A stretch of DNA of 64,000 nucleotides, taken from the NCBI GenBank assembly GCA_963833985.1, contig CAWIAD010000002.1, positions 512,001 through 576,000 of the forward strand. The letters are read 5' to 3'. Positions 22,501 to 34,636 of the stretch are shown here, piece after piece. A program made the position numbers and the translations under genes. The number at the start of each line of letters is the position of its first letter. The first letter of the stretch is position 1. The notes beneath the pieces are model-generated. The model was given only the letters and a program-made list of their open reading frames with translations. It had not been told where the DNA came from and made no database searches. This DNA comes from an uncultured Planctomycetaceae bacterium (lineage in GTDB: Bacteria > Planctomycetota > Planctomycetia > Isosphaerales > Isosphaeraceae).

Positions 22501-22916
22501 ATGTCACCTCGGCTCAGAGCCTGGAGCTGCTCCTGGCTCTCGAGGGACACTCCGTGCAGGTCATCCATGACGGCCCCTCGGTGCTGCCGGCCCTCCGCCA
22601 GAACCGGCACGAAGTCGTCCTCATGGATATCGGCTTGCCGGGCATGAACGGCTACGAGGTCGCCCGTCAGATTCGCCAGCAACCGGATCTGAACCATCCG
22701 CTGCTGGTGGCGGTCACGGGCTATGCCGAGGACGCGGCGCGGCAGCTCTCGCGCGAGGCCGGCTTCGACCATCACCTGGTGAAGCCCGTCGATCCCGAGT
22801 CCATCCTGGCTCTGCTGGCGTCGCTCGAGTGGACCGAACCGGACCGCGCCCGCCGAGACTCGAGCTCGGGGGCATTCCACTCCGGCCACCAGAACCAGGG
22901 CGCATCCGCGCTGTAG
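19520..22916 (+). CDS. Membrane hybrid sensor histidine kinase (PAS/GAF/PAS/PAS-HisKA-HATPase-REC), frameshift near 20180
   Basis: TM helices, PAS domains, FLAMLGHELRNPL H-box, NLLNNAAKYT, GLGLGL, receiver VLMDIGLPGMNGY. Confidence 0.88.
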
Positions 22917-23043
22917 CCTCGAAATCCCGCAGCCGATGCACCTCGGCAGCCTGCTCCGCAGCACTCTCTTCCGGTTCGATGCCAAACGCCACAACGCTCC
23001 GTCTTCGGCTCGTGCCCTGGCTCGTGCTGTCGAACGTTCCGGC

Positions 23044-24416
23044 TTATTCTCTCGCGCGATGAAGGTGATGGTCCGCGAAGTCCATGTAAGCGTTCCAGTC
23101 GTCGGCGGTGACGTCGTGCTTGCCGGGCCGGATGCGGTAGCCGATCGTGCTCTTCACCAGCGAATCGGTCGAGGGCTCTGGCCATTTCGTGATGGCCAGG
23201 CCGTCGGTGCCGAGCAGACGATAGACCGGGTCGGCCGCCCGCGCTGCCAGGAACTCACCTTTGGGATCGGCCCAGCGGTCCTCCTCCGCGCTGGAGACCA
23301 GCACGGGCCGGGGCGCAATCAGGGCGATCAGCTCATGCTGATCGAACGGCAAGAGGAACTCGCGCTCACTGAACTTCTTGAAGTTGCCGCAATACCAGTG
23401 TGGAAAGCTGGTGTTGAGATGGGCGACCGTCTCTCCGAAGATGCGCCGGCTGGCGCTGCGCCCCCGGCTCCCGAGTTGTTCGAGATCACGATCGCGAACC
23501 GGGGATCGGCCGCACCGGCCCAGAGCGCCGTCTTTCCCAGCCGCGAGTGGCCCATCAGGGCAACCCTCCGGGCATCGATTTCCTGGGCGGTCTCCAGGCA
23601 ATCGAGCATCCGGCTCAGTCCCCATGCCCAGGCCGCAATCGAGCCCCACTCGTCGGGCTCGGGCCTGGTCTGGCCCGGCTTGTAGAACAGGGGGTGAACC
23701 CCGTTCTTGAAGCCGTCGTCAAAGTCGGGGTCGATGTCGCCGTAGTACGCGGTGGCCAGAGCGTAGCCGCGGCTCAGGATGCGTTCCACCGGCCAGCGCG
23801 ACGCCGCGGCTCCCCGCGATCCCTCGGTGGCCCGGTGGTCGACAACTCCCGCCTGCGGATTATCGGGAAACCAGGCCGTCGACAGCGAGATCCCCGGGTC
23901 CGTGCTGATGGACTGGTTACCCTCGAAGTTCAGTCCGATGAAGGCCGGCACGCGATGGACCGCGGAAGCGTCTTTCGGCAGGTAGAGCAGAAGATGGATC
24001 CGGGGCGCTGACGCATCGTCCTTGAGAACGATTGCCACCTCGCGGCGGATCGCCTTGCCGCCGAGTGCCTCGCGATCTTCCGAGGTGATCGTGCAGACCG
24101 GCTTGATCGGCTGGGGAGGCTCTGGCACCTTGCCGAACATGTACGTCTCGAAGAGCCGCAGGAGCTCTGGCCTGCGCCGGGTGGTCCAGGCTTCGGCTGT
24201 CGCGATGCGCTCGCTGTCGCTGCCCGTCATGGGGTCGGGCAGGGTGTAAAGGCCGACCTTGGTCTCGTCGTAGTTGGCGGCGGGTGGTTGTGCCATGGTG
24301 AGCCGGTCCGGAGCGAGACTTCCAAGAGACAATGACAGAATGGCCGCGAGGTACTGCCGCGAGTGTCTGGAACGCCCCGGGGCGACCGATCCTGGTGGAA
24401 CCGTCAAGCGAGTCAT
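23044..24416 (-). CDS. CE15-like glucuronoyl / acetylxylan esterase, frameshift near 23460
   Basis: [58 protein letters not shown]. Confidence 0.85.
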
Positions 24417-24532
24417 GCGCAAGCTCCGCGGAGTGAACGTGCAAGCCGAAGTCTTCTTTCGCCTACGTGTGATGATGCTCTCCGCGAGGGGCAGGTGCAA
24501 CCGGGAAGCATCGCCGCACGAGATCGGCCGGT

Positions 24533-26090
24533 TCAGAGAGCTTCGCCGCTGGATCTCATCCGCCGGAGCATCTGCATCATCATCTCCCGCTCGGTGATGC
24601 CCATCCAGCAATGGCCCTGGCCTGGGCCGTAGGTGATCGATCCTTCATACGCTGGCGTGGCGCGAGACAGGAATGAGTCAAGCCGGTGCACGGCATTGTT
24701 CAGGAAGTAATCATCGGCCTCGCCTACCCAGATATGGATCTTGCCCTGGAGCTTGGTGCCAAGCACGGCCCAGTTCTCTTCGAGCACCCGGCGCAGGTCG
24801 TAGGCCTTCCAGTGCTCGGCAGCCGCGTGGTCGATGACTCCGGTGCGCGGGTCCCAGAGCGGCACGGGCCGGCCATCGCTTCCGCGCGGGCCGTACGCCG
24901 CGTTCCAGGCGCCCCACTGGCCGCCGGACATGGTCCACGATCCTCCCCGGCCCAGCACGTTCTCCAGCGCGCACTCGTGCCGCATCGTGTACCGCACCTC
25001 ACCCGTCTGATCGCGCGCGGCGGGCCGCTCGAAACCGTGCGGATTGACGTACGCATTCTGGTCCTTGTAAATATCAACAAGCTGGAACGAACGGAAATCG
25101 ACTCCGTCGGGGCAGAACGACCATGCGCCGTTCCAGAAATCGGGATAGAGCACCTGCAACGCGAGCGCGACCCACCCGCCCGTCGAGCCGCCGTCGAGCA
25201 CGCGTGCCGTGCCGCGGCCGATGCCCCGGTAAGTTCTTTCGATATACGGGATCAACTCCTCGGTCAGCGCAGCACCGTAGGGGCCATGGTTGGCCGAGTC
25301 AATCTGGTAGGGATCACCGAGCGGCCCGGCTCCGTCGAGCCCCACCACGATCATCCGCGGCGTGTCTTCGGCCATCCAGAGCGCGTGAAACGATGATCCC
25401 GGATTCATCCTGCGGGCGAAGTCGGTAAACCGACTTCCGTATCCGCCGATGTGCACGCGCAGCGGATAGCGCCGATCGGGCTCGCGTGCGAAGTCGCGCG
25501 GCAGGACCACCACCGCGCAGATCGATGGATCGGCCGTGGAATTCACTCAGCAGTCTCGAGCGAATCTTCACCGATTTCACCAGTTCGGTATCGGCGGGCA
25601 GCGTCTCCGCAGGCACGCTCCGCGACAGCTCCAGGGCGACGGTACCGCCTGTCACCGGGTCCAGCTTCACCAACTTGACCGGGCTGTAAAGGTCACCCGG
25701 CGCATTGGGGTGGTTCAGGTCGGTATTGGTATGCAAGAGCGCCTGCACGGCGTACGTTCGCGGCAGAAGATCAGCGAGCCGTTCGATCGGGAAGATCGTG
25801 GACCGGTCGTCGAGGATCGCCTCCTTTCCCGATGTCATGCCATTGACGTCACGGCCCAGGATGGGCGCCGCGTCCAACCCGGTCTGCCCGACCTGAAGCC
25901 TTGGCTCGGCCGTGCCGGTCTGGCCCAGCACCACCAGAAGGCGCCCCGTCCGCGCCGTGCCTGTGTCCAGGCCCGGTGCCAACGTGACGGCAAATCGGAG
26001 GGTCGTCGCGGCTGGCTCGGCCCCGCTCAACCGCTGAAACGGGAGCAGGCAAGCAAGCAACGTGAGAGACGAGAGCGCTGGCAATTTCAT
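24533..26090 (-). CDS. Secreted putative esterase (enterochelin esterase-like alpha/beta hydrolase), frameshift near 25520
   Basis: Signal peptide; DSANHGPYG, EELIPYIE, GGSTGGWVALALQ, GEADDYFL. Confidence 0.75.
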
Positions 26091-26233
26091 GCACATAACC
26101 TGATAAAAACGGTGGGCCCTGTGAAAGGGCGGACGGATCGTTTTGACCAGGTATGTTAAGGCGACGGCGGGTGCTCTGGAAAGTGGACGGCGTTTCCGAG
26201 ATCAGTGATTGGAAGCTCAGCCGTGGGCGGGGA

Positions 26234-27329
26234 TCACCTGGAATGCGGAGGAGAGAGGTCGGGCACGTCATCGTCCTCGGACTGCCGGGGTGGTCTGGCA
26301 CTGCTGGGCTGACGCTTTGGTGCAGCGGGCTCCGGCATGGCCTGGGGCAGGTCCTCGTCGTTGGGTTGCGGGCGCCTGGCGTTCCCGGAGGATTTCTTGT
26401 TTTTCAAAGGCGCTGGCACCGCGTCCAGCTCGTCGTCGATGTCCGGTTCTGCCTGCGGTCTGACCTCGCGCCGCGGCGCGGATCGGGACGAAGATGGGGC
26501 GGGGTCCGCAAGCGTGTCCCGGCGGATGGCGCCGTCGATCTCGATTCCGTCCGCGTCATCGAGGATCGGCCCGCCGTTCACCACCACCGGAGCCTTCCGG
26601 GACCGCCCCGCGCTGACGATGCGCTCGGGCAGGGCCGTTTTCTCGGAGAGCAGCTTCTGGAGCGAGAGGGTGGAAGGAGGAACGGCCAGAGCGCTGTTGC
26701 TGGCCAGGATGGCGCCTGGGGGCACGGGCTGGTGGTAGTAATACGCGTTGGACTTATGGTCGATCTGGAGCGTGCCGCCCTCGGCCGAGACGCCCGCGAA
26801 GATGCCGTGGCTGTTGGAATAGGAGAGGATCTCGGACTTGAGCGCCGCATCGGTACTGGCCTCGAACCGCTTGCCGGCTGGTCCGGCCGCAACGCCGGCA
26901 TCCACCCCCAGCGTCAGCTTCCCTTTTCCCTTGAGGAACCGGTTCAGGCCCTTCTGGCTCTGAAAGACGAGCACCAGATCGGTCGACTGTGCACCGGCCT
27001 GGGCTCCAAAGCTCCCTCCCAGCAGGTGAATGAAGATCGGGTTGCTCCAGGTGCCATCGGGCTGGCGAACGACGAGCACGCCCTTCCCGAACCTCGCCCC
27101 GAAAATGAAGCTCATCTTGAACATATCTGGAACGATGGCGATGCCCTGCGCCTTGCGCAGTACGGCGCGGGGCATCCCGGTCTTGGGGTTGCGCGTAACC
27201 TCGCTCAGGACAAGAAGCGACTTACCGACAACCGCCTCGGGGTCTTTTTGCGCACTGCGCCGGGCTGGCGGCGAACACGGAGAGAAGGATGGAGATTCCG
27301 ATGATCCTGGAAAGGCACGTGCTTTTCAC
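26234..27329 (-). CDS. Lipid-binding SYLF (Ysc84-like) domain protein, frameshift in an A-run near 27250
   Basis: GARFGKGVL, GGSFGAQAGAQSTDLVL, AGVAAGPAG, YSNSHGIFAGVS; the signal peptide from GTG 27329 is in an adjacent frame. Confidence 0.8.
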
Positions 27330-27521
27330 GGCAGGCAGACTCCTTTGCGGGCTGCAATCTCTCTGTGTCGCCGCATTGAGGGTGTTGCTCGGATGGCGTG
27401 GCATCGGCCGGCAACGCTCTTGCGCCGGCAGCCCGGCCGGTGCGGAGATGCCCCGGGGTTCGGGGCTTTTACCGCTTTCTGAGGGATCGGTCAACCGGAG
27501 TTCCCCACAGACCCGCGTGGC

Positions 27522-29261
27522 GGGTGTAAGACGCGGTTCGCGCCGTCCGAGGCCGGTGGTAGCATGTCAAGTCAAGTTTCCCAAATTGTCCGTCACCGGA
27601 AGTCCAAGGAGGGACCTGCTATGCCTTTCCGTAAGTCACCATCGATGGATCGCACCGGAGTCGAGCAGATGGCCAAAGGGTGGGGGAAAATTGTGGCGCG
27701 ACGGGTCCACGAAGAAGTTGGGCCTGACCTAGACCTCGATGCCGACGACATGGAACAAATGGCCATGACCGCGGCCTGTGCCGTGGCCCAGGGAACCATC
27801 GAGGAACTCCTGAAGCAGAAAGCCTCCCTCTTGGGGGCCGAGCAGCCTTGCCCCAACTGCAAGCGGCTCTGTCCGGTGCAACGCAACGATCGAACCATTG
27901 AATTCTGGGGAGGCAAGGTCACCTACGCCGAACCGAAGTGCCACTGCCCGGCATGTCGCCGGGATTTTTTTCCCTCAGCGTCCGGCCTTGCGCCTCACGC
28001 CACATGACTACAGCCCTTCGGTGCTGCGCAAGATCGTCCGTTGCGGTGCCCGGGAGCCCTCCTTCCGGGAGGCGGCCGAGGCGATGGCGGAATTGGCCGA
28101 GGTGACCATCGGCAGTCGGCAGATCGGCCGCATCGCCCAGGAGGTCGGCCAACAATTGCAGGCCGAGAGAGATCAGCATGTGAGCGAACTTCAAGCCCAT
28201 AAGCTCGAGCCGCGAGTCGAGACACGGCCGGCTCTGGCAGTGGTCGAGGTTGACGGCGGCCGGCTGCAGATTCGCGGCCAGGGGGAAGGGCCCGGTGCCC
28301 ATGATGCGTCCTGGCGTGAGGACAAGATCGCGATTCTGGCCACCATGGCCAATGTCGTCTCGGAATGCGATCCGGAGCCGGAGTTGCCCGCCTGCTACCG
28401 CGACCGGGGATACGTCGAGAAGCTTGTCGGCGGGATCAGCGGGGCGAGCTCGATGGGCCTACAGGAGGCCCCGGCGGAGAACATCGACGAAGCATCTCTG
28501 CCGTCCCCCGGGGATCGGTCCGAGCCGAGGGAAAGGCCCGAACTGGTGGTGCGGACTTACGTGGCGAGCACCTGCTCCAGCGAGCAATTCGGGCCGATGG
28601 TGGCCGCGGAGGCGTGGCGACGCAATCTCATGAAAGCGGCTCATCGGGCGTTCCTGGGGGACGGCTCGGCCTGGATCTGGAAATTGCAGCAACGGCATTT
28701 TCCGACCTTTCTGGCCATCGTTGATTTTCTCCACGCCCTGGGTCACCTGTTCGCGGCCGCCAAGGCTGCGGCGGTCGAGACCGAAGGCCGCTGGGAGTTG
28801 TTCCAGGCATGGGCAGAGGCCTGCTGGAAGGGACGCGTGGGCCAGGTGATCGAGGAACTCCGTACCCTGCGAGATGCCCAGGCGTCCTTATCCGGAGACG
28901 AGCTCGAACGGCTGGCCGACGATGACCCGCGCAAGATCATCGCCCAAGAACTCGGCTACCTGGAGCATAATCGAGAGCGGATGGACTACCCTGCTTATCG
29001 ACGCGGGGGATTGCCGTGGACGAGCAGTCACGTGGAGTCGACCGTGAAGATCTTCAACCGGCGGGTCAAGGGGTCGGAGAAATTCTGGAGCGACGCCGGT
29101 GCCGAGACGATGCTTCAGCTTCGAGCGTCGTTCCTCTCGGAGGACGGACGCCTGGATCGGTACCTCAAAGAGAGGCCCAGCAGCCCCTTCCGCAACTATA
29201 AAGCCAGGGAAACTGGGAAAGCGGCGTAGGACCTCAGAAAAACGAACCGTGTCTTACACCC
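27522..29261 (+). mobile_element. ISKra4-family insertion sequence (1740 bp)
   Basis: Terminal IRs GGGTGTAAGACGCGGTTCG / CGAACCGTGTCTTACACCC; 9-bp target duplication CCGCGTGGC at 27513-27521 and 29262-29270. Confidence 0.88.
27621..29229 (+). CDS. ISKra4-family DDE transposase in two overlapping frames joined at T7CCC (27965-27974)
   Basis: ORF A with Zn-ribbon CPNC...CPACRRDFFP; ORF B with VEVDGG, LGDGSAWIW, DFLHA, SSHVESTVK. Confidence 0.85.
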
Positions 29262-29339
29262 CCGCGTGGCGCGGGGCCGCGGGGCCGGGCGCGGTGAGCC
29301 GCGTTTCACGGCCACGCCGGTCTGCCGCTCGGAAGGCCG

Positions 29340-30692
29340 TCAGCGATTGAAGGGGCCAAGCCACTGAACCATTTGCAGGTTCAGGCCGTAGCGCGTGCCG
29401 GGAGGGTTCACCTTGATCTGCTCACCATTCCAGTTCGGGGCGAAGTTCCCCGAGTAGCAAAGCCATGCCGTACGGCCGTCCTTGCTGATGAACTTCGAGG
29501 GCAGGTTGACAAAGTAGCCCTGCTCACCGAACGACTTCATGTAGGTCACCAGCCTCCAGGGGCCGGTGAGCTGCCGCGATTCCAGGATGTATGTGTCCAT
29601 CCGGGCGCAGGTGTTTCCACCATCGGTCACGAACATGAGGTATGTCTTCAGTGGTGCGACGTATGTCGCCGTCACGCAGCCCATGTGGTTGTTCCACTCC
29701 AGCAAGGGCCGCATCTGCTTCAGCTCGCGGCTCCAGCTCGGCGTTCCGGACGCATCGAGCCCCGCAAAGAACTCGTAAGCCGCGGCCTCGTTGATGCAGT
29801 CGAGTCGCGGCGTGACGCGCAGCAAGTAGACCTGGTCGGCGGTAATCCAGCTCAAGTTGGCCATCCGCGGCCGCGGATCAGAGGGTTCGGCACCCTGGGC
29901 CAGCAGGTAGGCCTTGCCGTCGGGCGAGTGTTCCATGTCCTTGCCAAAATCCACGAAGTGAGGAGCACCGATCTTGATGGGATGGCCCCACATCCCGGTC
30001 TCGCCAAAGAGCGGATGCTCCGGCGTATGCGCCGTCTCGGTCCAGGTCCTGCCGTGATCGGCCGAGACGCGGAAGCCCACCAGCGGCCCCAGCCACGGCC
30101 AGTTGTACACGGTGGCGCCGAACTTCATCATCCCGGCGGGCGCGAGGCAATACGTCCCGTAGAACCAGAGATCTCCGTACGCCAGGCTGCCGCAGGGATA
30201 GCGGCCCGCATAGGGAAATGGATCAGCCGCGACCTTTCCAAGGTTCCGGACCGTCAAGTGCAGCGGATCGTCTCCGATCAGCACGGCCTGGCCGGTCGTC
30301 GCCTTGCCCGGGACCGGCTCCAGCCAGCGCGTGTCGTTGATCTGCTTCTCCACCACTCCGTCGGACGTGGAGCTCTCGCCGTGCACGTCGCCATCGGTCC
30401 ACGGCGAGTACAGGTTGCCGTCGGACGCCCAGGTGGGATACCAGGTGTCGGCGAACCGGTAATCGCTGTGCATGCCGAGGAACCTGATCCCCTGGATCTC
30501 CGTCGACGGCGGGAACGGGCAATCGGCTGGCGGTTCCGACTTCCAGACGAATGGCTCGAACGAACGGCCGGGTTTCGCGGGCTCCTCTCCCCGGGCCGCC
30601 GCCGTCATGATGACTCCCAGGAGGCATGCCAGAAAGACAAGAAACGATCGGTCATCAGGTAAGCGTGTCATTCTGTCTCCATCGACAGTCAT
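29340..30692 (-). CDS. Secreted hypothetical protein, probable beta-propeller (DUF4185/glycosidase-like)
   Basis: Signal peptide, ADTWYPTWASDGNLY, Asp-box-like SADHGRTW. Confidence 0.6.
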   Translation of the reverse strand: MTVDGDRMTRLPDDRSFLVFLACLLGVIMTAAARGEEPAKPGRSFEPFVWKSEPPADCPFPPSTEIQGIRFLGMHSDYRFADTWYPTWASDGNLYSPWTDGDVHGESSTSDGVVEKQINDTRWLEPVPGKATTGQAVLIGDDPLHLTVRNLGKVAADPFPYAGRYPCGSLAYGDLWFYGTYCLAPAGMMKFGATVYNWPWLGPLVGFRVSADHGRTWTETAHTPEHPLFGETGMWGHPIKIGAPHFVDFGKDMEHSPDGKAYLLAQGAEPSDPRPRMANLSWITADQVYLLRVTPRLDCINEAAAYEFFAGLDASGTPSWSRELKQMRPLLEWNNHMGCVTATYVAPLKTYLMFVTDGGNTCARMDTYILESRQLTGPWRLVTYMKSFGEQGYFVNLPSKFISKDGRTAWLCYSGNFAPNWNGEQIKVNPPGTRYGLNLQMVQWLGPFNR

Positions 30693-30716
30693 GCCAGACG
30701 GTCCCACGGCGGGCGT

Positions 30717-31286
30717 TCACGCTCGGCGCACGGTTAGCTCGAACCCATTGCCCACGCTCACGGCGCAACTGGAGAAGCCGTGCAGCGCCCGGAGCCGCGC
30801 CACGAAGGGCGCCAGCTCGACGGAATGGGTCGTGGTATTGTCTGTTACGAGCATGCAGTCCGGCGCGAGCTTGTTCCAGACTCCGTCGAGGTACTGATCG
30901 CTCTGCTCCTTGGTGGCGTCGATGAACACGAAGTCGAACGGGGTGGCGGGCTCAAGGTTGGTCAGGACGGCTCGCGCATCGCCTTCGTGAAAGGTGACCG
31001 CATCGGCCAGCCCCGCTTCGCTCAGGCTCTGCGAAGCGGCCCGTACCTTCTTTGGATCGGCATCGATGGTGTGGACGTGGCCGCCCTGCGCGCTGGCCGC
31101 GGCTGTGAGGTGCAAGGTCGAGAAACCGTAGCTGGTGCCGATTTCGCAGATCGACCGGCAGCGCCCGATACGGACGAGCTGCGCGAGCACCTCGGCCTCG
31201 TCGCGCGGGATCTGCCAGTGATCCTCCACCTGCTCCCGTAACCGATCGACCTTGTCGATCACCGCCTGGATGCGATCTGAAAACAT
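30717..31286 (-). CDS. Class I SAM-dependent O-methyltransferase
   Basis: EIGTSYGFST, FDFVFIDA, VTDN. Confidence 0.85.
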   Translation of the reverse strand: MFSDRIQAVIDKVDRLREQVEDHWQIPRDEAEVLAQLVRIGRCRSICEIGTSYGFSTLHLTAAASAQGGHVHTIDADPKKVRAASQSLSEAGLADAVTFHEGDARAVLTNLEPATPFDFVFIDATKEQSDQYLDGVWNKLAPDCMLVTDNTTTHSVELAPFVARLRALHGFSSCAVSVGNGFELTVRRA

Positions 31287-31474
31287 GCCAAGTGTCCCCG
31301 GGTGCATCAAACGCTCGTAGGCAAGAAATCCATCTTAACACGCGAGCCCGCGACTGCGCCCTTGCCAGCGTCGGCCCGGCCAGTAATCTGGGTTGGGGCA
31401 TGCCGGCGAACGCGTCTGCCCCGCGATGTCTTCCCACCCCTGTTCCTGGTCGCTCAAGGATCGGCAGGCTCGGC

Positions 31475-32608
31475 ATGAAGATCGTGGCCATCGAGGTTTA
31501 CCCGCTGACCGGCGGTACCGTGGACGGGGGCTGGCCACAGGGGCACGAGCCGCAAGAGAACCTGCACACGCTGCTCAGCATCCAGACCGACGAGGGCCTC
31601 TCCGGCTGGGGCAGTTGCTTCACCTCGGGCAAGCTTGTCCTCGGCGCCATCGAAATGCTCTGGCCCCTGCTCGAGGGCCAGTCGGCCGTGGAGCCGGAAC
31701 GGGTCTCGGAGACCCTCCGCCAGGCAAGCTTCTGGCAAGGCAGGGGAGGCGCTGTCGAGCACGCGATCAGCGGCATCGACATCGCACTCTGGGACATCAT
31801 GGGCAAGGCCTGCGGCCAACCGGTCTCGCGCCTGCTGGGCGGCAACTACCGCGAAACCATCAAGCCGTATGGATCGATCCTGTTCGACGAACCGGAGAAG
31901 TTGCGGAAGACGCTGGAGAACGTGGTGGAGCGCGGGTTCCGGGCAATCAAGCTTGGCTGGCGGCCGTTCGGCCGGCGCGACCGCACGTTCGACGAGCTGC
32001 TGGTGCGGACTGCAAGGGCGGCCGTGGGTGATCATGTCGAGCTCATGGTCGACGCCGGCGGCAGCGAGCAGTTCTGGCCGCACGGCGTGAACTGGGCCCG
32101 GAACACCGCCAAGATGCTGGCGGATTACGGCATTGTCTGGTTCGAGGAACCGCTCCCGCCCGATGATCTCGAGGGCTATATCGACCTGACTCGCGTGTCG
32201 CCGGTACCGATTGCCGGCGGCGAGGTGCTCACGCGCCGGCAGGCCTTCCGTCCCTGGATCGAACGCAGGGCCGTGGACATCCTTCAGCCGGACTGCACAA
32301 AGAACGGCGGCCTGAGCGAGTCGCGGCGGATTGCCTGGCTCGCCCACGATCATAACGTCCAGGTCGTCCCCCACGGCTGGAACACGGCCATCGGACTGGC
32401 GGCTGACCTTCAGTTCTCGGCGTCGATCCCCGTCGCGCGCTACGTCGAGTTCCTGACGCCTTGCGCTTACATCGACTCCATCACCACCGAGCCATTCCGG
32501 CTCGACACCGAGGGACAACTCATGATCCCCCAGCGCCCCGGGCTGGGCGTCCACATCGACCCGGAAAAGCTCGCGCGGTACTGCCCGCTACCATCGATCT
32601 TCTCGTGA
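31475..32608 (+). CDS. Mandelate racemase / muconate lactonizing enzyme family protein
   Basis: AISGIDIALWDIMGKA, LMVDAG, WFEEP, AGGE, ILQPD. Confidence 0.9.
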   Translation: MKIVAIEVYPLTGGTVDGGWPQGHEPQENLHTLLSIQTDEGLSGWGSCFTSGKLVLGAIEMLWPLLEGQSAVEPERVSETLRQASFWQGRGGAVEHAISGIDIALWDIMGKACGQPVSRLLGGNYRETIKPYGSILFDEPEKLRKTLENVVERGFRAIKLGWRPFGRRDRTFDELLVRTARAAVGDHVELMVDAGGSEQFWPHGVNWARNTAKMLADYGIVWFEEPLPPDDLEGYIDLTRVSPVPIAGGEVLTRRQAFRPWIERRAVDILQPDCTKNGGLSESRRIAWLAHDHNVQVVPHGWNTAIGLAADLQFSASIPVARYVEFLTPCAYIDSITTEPFRLDTEGQLMIPQRPGLGVHIDPEKLARYCPLPSIFS

Positions 32609-32839
32609 CCCCGGGTCCGGGCGAGCAGTGCCGGTCACGCCTGGGTTCCCTGGCAGTGAGCCGAACTCCGGGAATCGCCGCCAGCGCCCACGCCGGGGCC
32701 AGTGCCGTGAACGCCCTGAGCTTGACGTCCAGCGTCAGACCGGTCATCCTGGACGCACAACTTTGCAATACAAAGTTATAGGGCGGGTCCCCGCCCTCCG
32801 GCAGATCAACCAGGTGCGTATCGGGAGGTTGAAACCGCG

Positions 32840-34576
32840 ATGCGATGGGCAGATCCCGGACCCGTGTTCTGGAGCGAGTCGCAGCGCATTGCGCGGCAAT
32901 GGAGGTTCTACGCATTTCGGTCGTTCCTGGTGGGTGGGCTTTTCCTCGGCCTGGGTGTTGTGACTGGTATCGGTGTCCGGCAGCTCGATCTTCGTCAGGT
33001 CGGCGAAGCGGCCAGGGTCGGCGAGTGGTACTTCGAGGTCATTGCCGCGGTTCAGGTTTCCCTGGTGCTGCTGGCTGCCCCGGCAGCGACCGCCGGGGCC
33101 TTCTGCACGGACATGGCGCGCGGTCATGTCGGCATCATGCTCGTCAGCGGTATCAGCCCGGCGCAGATTGTCTTCGGAACCCTGGGTGCGCGGTTGCTTC
33201 ACCTGCTGGGAGCCGTGTCCTGCGTCGTTCCGGTGCTCTGCGTTGCGTCGTCCCTCGGCGGAGTACCGCCGCAGTCCCTCATCCGTCTGGAGCTCGTCAC
33301 TCTGGGAACGGCCGTGCTTGGCTGTACCGTGGCCCTGGTGGTGTCGATCGTTTCAAGACGGCTTCACGAGAGTCTCATGGCCACGTATACTCTCCTTGCC
33401 GGCTGGGTGATGGGCTACGGCATCCTCTTCATGATCCGGACGACTGCCGCGGGGCGCCTGCTCCCGGCGGGATGGACGCCCTGGCTCCTGAAGGTCAATC
33501 CCTACTGGCTGGCGCTGGAGCCGGTCGTCAGCCCGGGCAGCTTCAAGCCCGGCGAGGAGTGGAGCTTTCTCGCGGGCTCGATCACCCTCTCTCTGGCACT
33601 CGCCACGGTCGCCTGCTGGCGCCTGCAAGCGGCAACGCTCGCCGAGCTTTCACCGCTTCGCAGGCGATCGTGGTTTTCGCGCGTTTCCGTCTTCAGCTCG
33701 ATTGTCAGTCTCGATGCCTCTCCGGTTTTCTGGCGCGAGTGCCGCTCGGCGCCTTCCTCGTTCTGGTTCCGCTTGATCTGGGGCTTCTACGTTGTCGGAG
33801 CCCTGGTCTTCACGGTGCTTGCGGTTGCCGAGTGCACCGCCTCGGGAACGAGGCGCACGGTCTGGGTGCGCCCGTTCAATGGCTTCCAGGCCGCGGTGGG
33901 TCTCGGCCTGCTCAGCCTGCTCACGCCAGCCGCGCTGGCCGAGGAGCGCGCCCGCGGCAGTCTCGACGTGCTGCTCGCGACGCCCGTCTCGACTCGCTCT
34001 CTGGTCCTGAGCAAGTGGCTGGCTTGCTACCGCATCGTACCGCTCCTGGCATTGCCGCCCGCGGTTGTAGCGGCGGCTCATGTTTTGCCCGTGGAGCGCT
34101 GGCCAGGGGTGTTGCTGGTAGCCGGCATGGTGCTGGCCCACGGCGCGGCCGTGACCAGCCTGGGGCTCGCCCTGGCCACGTGGTCCCCGCGCGTGGACCG
34201 GGCCTTGATGCTGTCGGCGACTGCCTCGGTACTGATCACCGTGGGCTGGATTCCTCTGGTCTTGCTCCTCTTCCGCGACAAAACAGTAGCCGTGGGCATG
34301 GCCATGGCAAGTCCGCTCTTCGGGGTCGTCCAGATCACTTCCGACCTGGCAACGGCTTCCCCCGCCGAATGGCGTCTGCACGCGCGCTGGGCGCTGCTAT
34401 GGATCGGCCTGCTCAGCGCGCTCTCCCTCACCTTGCTGCTGGCAACCCTGAGCACTTTCAACCGTTGCGTGGGCCGGATCACGCTGCGAGCCCCCGGGGT
34501 GGAACTGCATCGCCAACCCGCGTCCATGCCGCCAGAACTGACGGCTCACGCAACAAGCTCTCTTGCGGCGCGCTGA
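32840..34576 (+). CDS. ABC-2 type transporter permease (duplicated membrane domains)
   Basis: GPVFWSE N-terminus, many TM helices, AEERARGSLDVLLATP. Confidence 0.75.
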   Translation: MRWADPGPVFWSESQRIARQWRFYAFRSFLVGGLFLGLGVVTGIGVRQLDLRQVGEAARVGEWYFEVIAAVQVSLVLLAAPAATAGAFCTDMARGHVGIMLVSGISPAQIVFGTLGARLLHLLGAVSCVVPVLCVASSLGGVPPQSLIRLELVTLGTAVLGCTVALVVSIVSRRLHESLMATYTLLAGWVMGYGILFMIRTTAAGRLLPAGWTPWLLKVNPYWLALEPVVSPGSFKPGEEWSFLAGSITLSLALATVACWRLQAATLAELSPLRRRSWFSRVSVFSSIVSLDASPVFWRECRSAPSSFWFRLIWGFYVVGALVFTVLAVAECTASGTRRTVWVRPFNGFQAAVGLGLLSLLTPAALAEERARGSLDVLLATPVSTRSLVLSKWLACYRIVPLLALPPAVVAAAHVLPVERWPGVLLVAGMVLAHGAAVTSLGLALATWSPRVDRALMLSATASVLITVGWIPLVLLLFRDKTVAVGMAMASPLFGVVQITSDLATASPAEWRLHARWALLWIGLLSALSLTLLLATLSTFNRCVGRITLRAPGVELHRQPASMPPELTAHATSSLAAR

Positions 34577-34636
34577 ATCTTAAACAATAATTTGACAAGC
34601 CTGCCTGAACTCCACGACAAGGGGCCGAGACCCAGC

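Noticed and set aside
32608..32840. Short ORFs between the racemase and permease genes
   Set aside because: No recognisable coding signal; treated as intergenic.
32845..34590. 581-aa ORF overlapping the permease in another frame
   Set aside because: Arg/Gly/Pro-rich GC shadow frame with no recognisable motifs.
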